Under the pieces are notes generated by a model. The model saw only the letters and a program-made list of their open reading frames with translations, did not search any database and had not been told where the DNA came from. This document shows positions 53,399-62,148 of a stretch of 64,000 bases of DNA, piece by piece. Origin of the DNA: Candidatus Latescibacterota bacterium (lineage in GTDB: Bacteria; Latescibacterota; CBDEFO01). The stretch covers positions 480,001-544,000 of the forward strand of contig CBDEFO010000008.1 in assembly GCA_965237525.1 (NCBI GenBank), given 5' to 3'. A program made the position numbers and the translations under genes. Position 1 is the first letter of the stretch. Every line of letters begins with the position of its first letter.

Positions 53399-55225
53399 CT
53401 ACTCTACAGTTACACTTTTTGCCAGGTTTCTGGGCTGATCCACATCGCATCCCCTCAGTACGGCTACGTGATATGCCAAAAGTTGAAGCGGAATGGCAGT
53501 CAGAAGCGGGGATAGAATCTCGTACGTCTTTGGCACGGGGATAACGTAATCGCACTCCTTTTCTATCTCAGAGTCCCCGCGGGTTGCCACCGCGATGACC
53601 CTTCCTCTTCTGGCCTTAACCTCCCTTATATTGTTCATCACCTTGCTGTAGACACTGTCCTTCGTGACTATTACAACGACCGGCATCCCGTCATTTATCA
53701 AAGCTATGGGGCCGTGCTTCATCTCCGCTGCGGGATAGCCTTCAGCATGGACGTAGGAGACCTCCTTGAGCTTTAGAGCACCCTCCAATGCCACCGGGAA
53801 ATTGTACGATCGTCCCAGATAGATGGCGTACTCCCACCGATAGAATTCTGCTGCTATCTCTCTTATATATGCGTTGAGTTTAAGGATCTCCTCCACCTTT
53901 TCAGGTATCATCTCCAAAGCTGTCATTATCTCCCTTCCCTGTTCTAAAGAAAGATCTCTCATCCTTCCTAAAAAGACGGAGAGGAGAGCCAAGACCGCCA
54001 CCTGGGACGTAAATGCTTTGGTAGATGCCACGCCTATTTCTGGTCCGGCGTGCAGGAATACACCTCCGTCGGTTTCCCTTGCTATGGAACTGCCCACGAC
54101 ATTGCAGATGCCCAGACACACAGCGCCCCTCAGTTGAGCTTCTCTCATCGCCGCTAACGTGTCGGCTGTCTCCCCCGACTGACTTATCGCAAAGGTCACT
54201 GTGTCGGGGGTAATTATCGGATTCCTGTAGCGCATCTCTGAGGCGTATTCTACATCTACAGGGCGGCGGGTCAATTCCTCTATCATATACCGTCCGACTA
54301 ATGCTGCGTGCCAGGCCGTGCCGCAGGCGGTCAGGATAATTCTGTCGGCATCCCTCAGTCTCTCCTTGTTTAGTTCCAAGCCCTGCAGGTGGGCGGTCCC
54401 TTTGCTTTTGTCTATCCGCCCCCTTAGGGTATTGCTCAAGGATTCGGGCTGCTCGAATATCTCCTTGAGCATATAGTGCTCAAATCCGCCCTTTTGTATA
54501 AGGTCAAGGTCCCAATCTACCTTTTCCACCTGTGGAGAGACCACATCCTCGTAGAGTGTGGAGATATGAAACGAGTCCTCCTCAACGACCCCTATCTCTT
54601 GGTCGTTCAGATATACGACCTGATCTGTGTGTCTCAGGATAGCCGACACATCAGATGCCACTATATTCTCCCCATTTCCGATACCTATAACCAGTGGACT
54701 CCCGTTCCTTGCCACGATTATCTGTCCTGGAGATCTTGCCGATATTACGGCTATTCCGTACGTTCCCTCAACATTGTGCAGAGCAAACCGCACAGCCTCC
54801 TTGAGATCACCTTGATAGTACTTCTCTATCAGATGAGCCAGCACCTCTGTATCCGTATCGCTCGAAAATACATGTCCTTCGTCTTGAAGCAGTTTCTTGA
54901 GCGCCAAAAAGTTTTCCACGATCCCATTGTGTACTACAGCTATCTCCGCGTTACAGTCCAAATGCGGGTGAGCGTTCTTTTCCGTAGGTTCCCCGTGCGT
55001 AGCCCATCTTGTATGAGCTATCCCGTATGTGCCTGTCAATTTTCTGCCCTTTGAAAGCCTTTCCAATTCGTGGACTTTTCCTACTGCCTTAATGGTGACT
55101 ATCTCACCATTTTCAGAAAGGGCAAGACCAGCTGAGTCGTAGCCTCTGTATTCCAGCCTCTTGAGACTTTCTAAAAGGACAGGCACTGACATTTCTTTCC
55201 CTATATATCCTACGATTCCGCACAT
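53399..55225 (-). CDS. glmS: Glutamine-fructose-6-phosphate aminotransferase
   Basis: MCGIVGY start after GAGGAG, HTRWATHG, SQSGET, PRNLAKSVTVE. Confidence 0.98.
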   Translation of the reverse strand: MCGIVGYIGKEMSVPVLLESLKRLEYRGYDSAGLALSENGEIVTIKAVGKVHELERLSKGRKLTGTYGIAHTRWATHGEPTEKNAHPHLDCNAEIAVVHNGIVENFLALKKLLQDEGHVFSSDTDTEVLAHLIEKYYQGDLKEAVRFALHNVEGTYGIAVISARSPGQIIVARNGSPLVIGIGNGENIVASDVSAILRHTDQVVYLNDQEIGVVEEDSFHISTLYEDVVSPQVEKVDWDLDLIQKGGFEHYMLKEIFEQPESLSNTLRGRIDKSKGTAHLQGLELNKERLRDADRIILTACGTAWHAALVGRYMIEELTRRPVDVEYASEMRYRNPIITPDTVTFAISQSGETADTLAAMREAQLRGAVCLGICNVVGSSIARETDGGVFLHAGPEIGVASTKAFTSQVAVLALLSVFLGRMRDLSLEQGREIMTALEMIPEKVEEILKLNAYIREIAAEFYRWEYAIYLGRSYNFPVALEGALKLKEVSYVHAEGYPAAEMKHGPIALINDGMPVVVIVTKDSVYSKVMNNIREVKARRGRVIAVATRGDSEIEKECDYVIPVPKTYEILSPLLTAIPLQLLAYHVAVLRGCDVDQPRNLAKSVTVE

Positions 55226-55412
55226 TGTTTCTCCTCCTCTTTTCCCGAACGGGCAAGGCACTTCGTGCGCCCTGTCCCCGATTGAGTGCCCGATTGAGTC
55301 TATCGGGGATCGGGGACTTCTTGCCATGCTTCCCTGCCCACTGGCACACAGGTTTCCCCCACATATGTCCGCTCTTTTGTCTTTCCGTGTCTACTGACTA
55401 TGGTCTACTCAT

Positions 55413-56852
55413 TTAGATATTGGCTGCCTCCTTGGCCAATTTTACACATCTTTCTATATTGTACTCCCTGTATATGGTGATCTTCTGCGCCTCTAACGAT
55501 CCTTCCGCGTGTATGGCTAAGATCTCCCCGTAGCCTCCGAAATCCGAAGCGGTCAGGTCCCTTATTAGATTGAACGCCTTCAACCTATCCTCTGTGGAGA
55601 CTCCTTCCTTACCTCCTAAGTACTTATCTATGTAGCTCTTCGTCTGAGGATTGTTCATATCCTCCTCTGAGGGACCTGTTACCAGTAGCCCACCGGCTAT
55701 ATCCTGGACCCAGGACACTGCCTGATGGTATTCGCCTGCGAACCTGAACTTGGCTATATTGGTTACGATCGGGTCGGGAACGGCGATTTTGTCTCCAATA
55801 ATCTTGTGATCTACCGCCGCCGCTTTGCTCAAAGCCCGGATCGTCTCCGTAAAGTTTATCAACCTCATTATCTTCTCTCTTATATGACTTGCTCTATCCA
55901 CACCGTTGTATTCGGCTATTAAGGCTGCGGCGCCTATAAAAAGATCGCCCAGGGGAGGCTTGTAGGAGATCGCCGTGAAGCGATGAAACTTAACAAACGC
56001 TGTGGCCAAGGCACCTGCAAATTGCCAGTCTCCGTTCATAAAGACCCTGTCCCAGGGCACAAACACATCGTCGAAGATGGTCAGACTCTCTGTTAATCTG
56101 TGAGAGAAACTCACCGGATCGTGAAATGCGCTCGAAGACGTCGCTCCGAAGGAACTTGCGACCATCTTGAGTCCTTTTGCGTTGGCGGGCACAGCAAAGG
56201 CTATGGCGTAATCCTTGTCCTCCTGCGACATATTTCTGGTCGGAATCACGATAATTTCATCTACATAGGGAGCGCACGTCGTGTGAGCCTTAGCGCCTCT
56301 AACTATTATCCCTTCGTCTTTTCTTTCGACCACTCTCACGTAATAGTCGGGATGAGATTGCTGTGATGGTATCAAACTCCTGTCGCCCTTGACATCCGTC
56401 TGCGCCACAGCCAGGGAAAGGTCGTTATCCTCACAGTGCTCATGATAGGATCTTACCCTCTCTGAGTAGTCTGTCCCTAATTTTTCATCCATCTCCTTTG
56501 CGATCACAGAAAGAGCAAAAAGAGCGTCTGTGCCTATCTCCTTGATCAAAAGCACGACACCGCCAGATAGCCTGGTGCTCCTTTCGATCATCTCACGGCG
56601 GTTTAGAAGATCCTCAGCATCTCTTGGAATCTTAAAATAGCGGCTTATCAGCTCTCCAGTCTCTGGGATCTTGTAAGTCATCAGATCACTGTGTTCAGGG
56701 TCGTGCGCTAATTTAAAATCCAAAGACACGTGCTCCACACCGACACCTATGTCGGGATGTGCGGTCACATCTTGGACCTTTTCTCCTTTGAAGAAGACCT
56801 CCCGACCATCTCTTAGACCCTCTTTGTATTCCTCAGCGGACCTCAGGCCCAT
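55413..56852 (-). CDS. 4-hydroxyphenylacetate 3-hydroxylase / 4-hydroxybutyryl-CoA dehydratase family flavoprotein
   Basis: LRDGREVF..GE.V.DV..HP, QTDVKGDRS, VRGAKAH, IFDDVFVPWDRVF, HAEGS. Confidence 0.88.
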   Translation of the reverse strand: MGLRSAEEYKEGLRDGREVFFKGEKVQDVTAHPDIGVGVEHVSLDFKLAHDPEHSDLMTYKIPETGELISRYFKIPRDAEDLLNRREMIERSTRLSGGVVLLIKEIGTDALFALSVIAKEMDEKLGTDYSERVRSYHEHCEDNDLSLAVAQTDVKGDRSLIPSQQSHPDYYVRVVERKDEGIIVRGAKAHTTCAPYVDEIIVIPTRNMSQEDKDYAIAFAVPANAKGLKMVASSFGATSSSAFHDPVSFSHRLTESLTIFDDVFVPWDRVFMNGDWQFAGALATAFVKFHRFTAISYKPPLGDLFIGAAALIAEYNGVDRASHIREKIMRLINFTETIRALSKAAAVDHKIIGDKIAVPDPIVTNIAKFRFAGEYHQAVSWVQDIAGGLLVTGPSEEDMNNPQTKSYIDKYLGGKEGVSTEDRLKAFNLIRDLTASDFGGYGEILAIHAEGSLEAQKITIYREYNIERCVKLAKEAANI

Positions 56853-57051
56853 TTCAACCTCCTTCATTGGACTACTATTTGACTTTTGGTCAAAATATGG
56901 ACTTAAGTGCAGACAATGTCAAGCTAAAAGATCTGTCCTGACAGCTGCCTCGACTAGGTAGACAGGGGCATCACCTCTGCTCACTGTTTGCTGTGTAGTA
57001 CTGTGGATCTTTGTCATCTCGTCCGGACAATTTTGATGCATTACTTAGTTT

Positions 57052-58683
57052 CTAAAGGTTCATACTTTCCCTGATAAACTGTATGGGAATCCCCCCGAAT
57101 CCTAAAAGAGTGTCGTGGAACTCCTTTAAATTGAAGTCATCACCCATCATCTTTTTATAGTCACTTCTCAACTGCATTATCTGGAGCTTGCCGATAGCGT
57201 AGCTCATAGGCTGTGTCGGACTGTACGTGTACCGTTTTACTTCAGCTATGGCGTTGACCCTTTCGAGTTTAGCTATCTCGACAAGCATAGCCACTGCCTC
57301 GTCGAAGGTCATACTCTTGTTGTGAAGCTTTACGTCTATGACGACTCTGCATCCTCGCCACAACTGATCTTTAAGTTGCAATAGCTTTCCTCGAGGGTCG
57401 CTGTAGAATCCCTGCTCGTGCATCATCTCCTCGCAGTACAACGCCCAGCCCTCGACAAAGACGTTCGTCTGGATTTGCCTTCTTACTATCGACTCGAGAC
57501 GGTTCGAAAGGACAAGTTGCAGGTGATGTCCCGGATAGGCTTCGTGGAGAGCGACTAACGGAATATTGTGTGTGGAGTGACCCTTAAGCTGATCTTCCTG
57601 CTCTTGGCGCGATTTGTTCTCATCCACAGGAGTGACCCAGAAGAATCCCTTCTGTTCTTCTTCGAAGGGAGCAGGCGAGATGTAGGCTGCGTAGGGCACT
57701 GTCGTCCTTTCGAACGCAGGAGTCTCGATTATCTCCAGAAATTGATCGTCCGGTACTGTAACCAGATTCCTTTTGCCGATGAACACCAGTGCCTCCTCCA
57801 TCGCCCGGACGTAAGTTATGATCAGATCGTCCTTTTGAGGATGCGAGTCTTTCATCTCCTCCAGGATTTGTTGCCAAGGTTTTGATCTATCTATCAAAGA
57901 CGCTGTCTCTTCAAGCTGCTGTGTCGTCCCTTCGATTATGTCGGTGCCTATCTTAAGGAGGTCCTGGGATGTGTAGGGTAGACCGTGCTGGACTTCAAGG
58001 AGAAAGTCGAACATCTCCTCTCCGATGGCGTAATGTCCGTTTGAGACTGGCAAGAGTTCGTCTTTAAGGAAGTGGAGATAGCAGTCGAAGGCCTTGAGGG
58101 CTTTTGCATTGTTGTGAAGTATATCTTCCTTCAAATCGGGAACTTTATGTGCCTCCCTCGGTACGAACCCTCCCCAGAATCCATTCCCGGCTTCCGTCAC
58201 TTCGATTGCGACCTCTGTCCAGATTCTGGGGATGTTTTCTCCTTTGATCAGGTTTTCTACTCCCTCTTCCAACAGGTGAGGAACCTCAGCTAACCTCTTT
58301 GAGACGTTTTCCATCCTATCGGATAACGGGGCATAATTCCTCAGCATCATTATGTATGTGCCGTAAAGGGCGATCTCAGGATACAGGCTGGCTTTGCGCA
58401 GATGGGATTGTATCTCTTCATCTTTACTCAATTCGGATCTGATAGCGTTCTTAAGGATTTGACAGTCTATCCTGTCCCCTTCCGATAGCGTGCCGCTATC
58501 AATCTCTTCGAGTTCAGAAAGGTAGGATCTCTGCTGCTCGGTGAAACTTGTATGGGTCTCCTCGTCGAATCTATCTAAAGTATAGTCATATTTGTGTATA
58601 CCCTCGAACGTAGCAGATACAGGGCTTCTCTCCCACCAGCTTTCAATTATTTCCACTGCCAAATCACGAAATTCTATGTCCAT
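57052..58683 (-). CDS. DUF885 family putative metallopeptidase
   Basis: HEAYPGHHLQ, FVEGWALYCE, EVKRY..P.Q..SY.IG; ATG 58683 after AAGGAG. Confidence 0.9.
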   Translation of the reverse strand: MDIEFRDLAVEIIESWWERSPVSATFEGIHKYDYTLDRFDEETHTSFTEQQRSYLSELEEIDSGTLSEGDRIDCQILKNAIRSELSKDEEIQSHLRKASLYPEIALYGTYIMMLRNYAPLSDRMENVSKRLAEVPHLLEEGVENLIKGENIPRIWTEVAIEVTEAGNGFWGGFVPREAHKVPDLKEDILHNNAKALKAFDCYLHFLKDELLPVSNGHYAIGEEMFDFLLEVQHGLPYTSQDLLKIGTDIIEGTTQQLEETASLIDRSKPWQQILEEMKDSHPQKDDLIITYVRAMEEALVFIGKRNLVTVPDDQFLEIIETPAFERTTVPYAAYISPAPFEEEQKGFFWVTPVDENKSRQEQEDQLKGHSTHNIPLVALHEAYPGHHLQLVLSNRLESIVRRQIQTNVFVEGWALYCEEMMHEQGFYSDPRGKLLQLKDQLWRGCRVVIDVKLHNKSMTFDEAVAMLVEIAKLERVNAIAEVKRYTYSPTQPMSYAIGKLQIMQLRSDYKKMMGDDFNLKEFHDTLLGFGGIPIQFIRESMNL

Positions 58684-58887
58684 CCTAAGTCTCCTTCGGA
58701 TACTGTCCAATAGGAACTTCAATTGCTGCCGCCACCGCGTATAGTAGTATAGTATAGTTGAAAAATCTGAGAAATCAAGTACTAAGAATTTCTGGCATTG
58801 TCCCACATTTTTTTATGACCGAGAGAATAGAAAATTTCAGGAGATGATATCAGAGACCGCGATGGAATGGGGAAAATTGTCTTTTAC

Positions 58888-58916
58888 TTGACTTCTGCCT
58901 ATCAGATAAATATATT
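58888..58916 (+). promoter_or_regulatory. Sigma70-type promoter for the MpsC-like gene
   Basis: TTGACT-N17-TATATT. Confidence 0.6.
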
Positions 58917-59075
58917 ATCCGAAGCATGTTTGATAATTTGCGAAGTGTTCGCTTCGATGATCTGTTCACCGATAGATTGGGGTTTTACTTTTTTTTGTCT
59001 TGCACGCAATTCATCACAGTATCTGGATTTGTGGATCCTACTTTAAGATGGATTCAAGGCGGATAGAAAGGTCAG

Positions 59076-59483
59076 ATGAGGACAGATATGCCCAACTTGA
59101 CCAAGGGACAGATGGAGGATGAGATAAGCAAGGCTATTATCAAATTTCAAAAAGAACACATGGGCAGAGGTCCTAAAGAAGCAAAGACATATATTATCGA
59201 AGATATGATCTTAGTGCGTCTGAAGGAAACACTTACGCCTGCTGAACAGACATTGGGTAACAGTCCAAAGGGAGCGGGATTGATCAAAGAGGTTAAGATG
59301 CAGCTTATGGAGTCATCCCGTCTACTTTTGGAAGATATAATTTGCAACCTTACTGGATGTAAAGTCACCAGCATTCATACTGACATCAGCACGAGGACAG
59401 GCGAGAGGATCATACTTTTCATTCTGGACAAGCGCCTTGAGGAAATTCTCCCTCAAGGGGGCACTTCGTCAAAAAAGTCTTGA
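59076..59483 (+). CDS. DUF2294 / MpsC family protein
   Basis: TKGQME.EIS, MGRGP, DMILVRL..LTPAE, HTDISTRTGERIILF. Confidence 0.92.
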   Translation: MRTDMPNLTKGQMEDEISKAIIKFQKEHMGRGPKEAKTYIIEDMILVRLKETLTPAEQTLGNSPKGAGLIKEVKMQLMESSRLLLEDIICNLTGCKVTSIHTDISTRTGERIILFILDKRLEEILPQGGTSSKKS

Positions 59484-59508
59484 CATATTAATTTAAATAC
59501 GGTATATT
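59480..59508 (+). promoter_or_regulatory. Sigma70-type promoter
   Basis: TTGACA-N17-TATATT overlapping the MpsC stop codon. Confidence 0.75.
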
Positions 59509-59577
59509 GGTTACAGTTTTAATTCGGCAGACGAGTTAAATAGCACTCTTGAAAAAGATGGCTTGTTGAAAAGTATG

Positions 59578-59625
59578 CCGACGCAGAGCCCAGTAGATGG
59601 GTATGTTGCGTCGGTTTTTATTTTT
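59578..59625 (+). terminator. Intrinsic terminator within a 5' leader (attenuator candidate)
   Basis: CCGACGCA / TGCGTCGG stem, inner GCCCA/TGGGT stem, TTTTTATTTTT tail; lies between promoter and next gene. Confidence 0.75.
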
Positions 59626-59665
59626 ATGCAGTACAAACAGATCTTTTCGAGGAGGTGATAAGATA

Positions 59666-59929
59666 CTGTCCGTTAGAGCTTATGTGTTGATAGATGTGGC
59701 GGGCGACAGTGTGGAAAATGTGGTGGAGGAGCTCTCCGACATAGAAGGGATAAAATTTGTCGGCCCTGCAGAAGGACGGTTGCGGGATCTTACTACCCTA
59801 ATGGAATCGTTCGATATTATGGCTCATATTCAGGCAGATGACAGCAATGACTTGGGAGAAGCGATCACATCCCGGGTGAGGAGCATTGCCGGGGTGACAA
59901 AGACGATAACGTGCATAGCAATCGAATAG
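59666..59929 (+). CDS. Stand-alone Lrp/AsnC ligand-binding (RAM) domain protein, probable CTG start
   Basis: GGAGGTGA then 7 nt to CTG-SVRAYVLI; FDIMAHI, VRSIAGVTKTITC; no HTH. Confidence 0.75.
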   Translation: MSVRAYVLIDVAGDSVENVVEELSDIEGIKFVGPAEGRLRDLTTLMESFDIMAHIQADDSNDLGEAITSRVRSIAGVTKTITCIAIE

Positions 59930-60270
59930 AGGTCGGGAGCACCTGGCCGTAAAGGATCATAACTCAGACAACGGTGAAATTGCTTCGAGTTTCACGCTGG
60001 CAAAGACATCAACGACCAAAGCAACCTCGTCAGAGAGTACCGGAGACAGGCAGCAAAACGAAAAGACGTAGAGGCGCTGTCGCGTAGCACAGGATCTTAG
60101 GGGACGGTTCAGTACCTGTTGCATAGAACTATAAACCAGCAATAATGGCACTCTTGGTGCTTTGATAGGAGACAGACGCGGCCCTGCAGCCAGCATTAGC
60201 TAAGACACAAGCAGGGACAATGACTGGTACTGCGAGCAAGAGTGCGGAAATGACATGAAGGGATTATACG

Positions 60271-61680
60271 ATGGCTTGGGAAGATGAAGCAAAAGGAGGT
60301 GTTCAAATCGGTGAGCGGCCCCAGGGCGGTCTAGCTTCGGCTTCAAGAAAGGCTTCGGCTTCAAGAAAGAGCAGGAAATTACGACATATCATAAGAAGAC
60401 ACTCTATCAGGAGGCGCTCGTCGACCAGCAGCAATGACCTCGGCAGCCCTATCAGAAAGGTTGTAGCTTCTTTGGAAAAAGTGTTACATCTGGCGGGATC
60501 CAGAGAGACGACGGAGGAACTAGAGGCCATCAAGGTAGCTGCTGAGGGATCGTTGGGCAAGGTCGAAAGATGGAGACAGGAACTGATTGATAGCATACGG
60601 ACTGTGGATAAACTGCGAGAATATGTAGCGCTGACGCCAGAGGAAGAAGAGAAACTACCGATAGTGCTTAGGAAGTTTCAAATGGGCATTACGCCATACT
60701 ACGCTGACCTCATCGATCTACACGATCCAGACGATCCCCTGAAGAAATTAGTCGTACCCTCAGTCGATGAGCTTAGGGAAGGGGGCCAGTATGACACCAG
60801 CGGAGAGGCAGATAACGTGCAAGTAAGAGGGTTGCAGCACAAATACAGAAATACCGTCTTGCTCTTGCCCACTTCGGTCTGCGCATCTTACTGCAGATAT
60901 TGCTTCAGAAAACGCTTCACTACTGGGTCTATATCAAAACAAGAGACAGGTGTCGATTGGGAAGGCACTCTCGGCTACTTGCGAAGACATAGAGAGGTAG
61001 ATAATGTCTTGATTACGGGCGGTGATCCTCTGATGTTGGTCAACGAAAAGCTGGATTTTATTCTCAGTCAGTTGCGTACAGTAGACCATATAAAGATCAT
61101 AAGGCTCGGCACAAAGCTGCCCGCGTTTAATCCTTTCAGGATATTAGACGATGGTTTTCTGGAGTTGATAAAGAGATATAGTCTGCCGGACAGGAGGATA
61201 TACATAGTTGCGCATTACGATCATCCGAGGGAGCTGACGGCGGAGTCGCTGGAGTGCTTAGATAAGGCCATTAAGGCAGGTGCGCACATTATCAACCAGG
61301 CGGTGTTGCACAGAGGCATTAACGATGATCCGGATGTGCTGAGGGAGCTATTTAGGAGATTGGCAGATGCTGGGGTCGCTCCGTATTATCTCTTTCAGAT
61401 GCGGCCCGTAAAGGGGAGCTTGCACTACCGCGTCCCGATAGCAGAAGGATTGAGAATCTTCGAGGAGTCCAAGAAGGGTCTAGGCGGTCTGGCAAGGACT
61501 GTAAGATACGCGATGTCGCATTATACAGGTAAGATTGAGATATTCGGCACGATAGTGCAAGACGAAAAGGAAAATTTGATCCTTAAGTACCATTCGTGCA
61601 GAGATGAAGAAGATGTGGGAAAGATATTTACCGTTCCGTTAAATGATGAGGCGTGCTGGTTAGACGATTTCTTCGAATGA
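60271..61680 (+). CDS. KamA-family radical SAM protein (aminomutase-like)
   Basis: LQHKY, CASYCRYCFRKR, TGGDPL, HYDHPRE, NQAVL.RGIND, PYYLFQ, MSHYTGK. Confidence 0.9.
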   Translation: MAWEDEAKGGVQIGERPQGGLASASRKASASRKSRKLRHIIRRHSIRRRSSTSSNDLGSPIRKVVASLEKVLHLAGSRETTEELEAIKVAAEGSLGKVERWRQELIDSIRTVDKLREYVALTPEEEEKLPIVLRKFQMGITPYYADLIDLHDPDDPLKKLVVPSVDELREGGQYDTSGEADNVQVRGLQHKYRNTVLLLPTSVCASYCRYCFRKRFTTGSISKQETGVDWEGTLGYLRRHREVDNVLITGGDPLMLVNEKLDFILSQLRTVDHIKIIRLGTKLPAFNPFRILDDGFLELIKRYSLPDRRIYIVAHYDHPRELTAESLECLDKAIKAGAHIINQAVLHRGINDDPDVLRELFRRLADAGVAPYYLFQMRPVKGSLHYRVPIAEGLRIFEESKKGLGGLARTVRYAMSHYTGKIEIFGTIVQDEKENLILKYHSCRDEEDVGKIFTVPLNDEACWLDDFFE

Positions 61681-62148
61681 CAAACTGCCAAAAAATGGGA
61701 CGTCGTTTTGCCCTTTTTCGAAGTTCCTTCAGATTTGGTAGGCGAAGTTTTCAACCTTGACCATATAGACTCGCCTGTTCACGATCTGTCAGAAGCCCTC
61801 GGGAAAAGTCTGAAAAGAAACCTAACCAGAAAGAGCGGCCAGATAGATGGTCTAGCGGGAGTTATCCTTGGACCTTCGACCCCTGTAGAGAGCGCATAGC
61901 AGGTTGTGCGGTTTCCAAGTCGGTCACTTCAATTCCAGAAAGGGACAAACCGTGAACATGGACCTTAAAGATACTATTTGTGAGGAGATCACTAAATTTC
62001 AGGAATTACAGATGGGAATAGTCCCCAGGAAAGCAACTGTCCTGATAGAGGAGGACATGATCGTCGTCCATCTCAAGGAGATGCTTTCTCCTGCTGAAAA
62101 GCATCTGGCTGTAAGCCAGAAGGGCCAAAATTTCCTAAGGGAGTTTAA

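Noticed and set aside
55226..55327. N-terminal extensions of GlmS, EF-G2 and ProA in the ORF track
   Set aside because: They derive from intergenic repeats; GlmS needs an N-terminal Cys and RBSs mark the downstream starts
55226..55412. glmS ribozyme
   Set aside because: No AGCGCC..GACGAGG core; the interval is occupied by repeat families P and G
60067..60270. Lysine riboswitch upstream of the KamA-like gene (GTAGAGGCGC start)
   Set aside because: Only the 5' AGAGGYGC matches; I could not find the downstream GCCGAA, ACUGYC and GGAG.GCU elements or the P1 pairing
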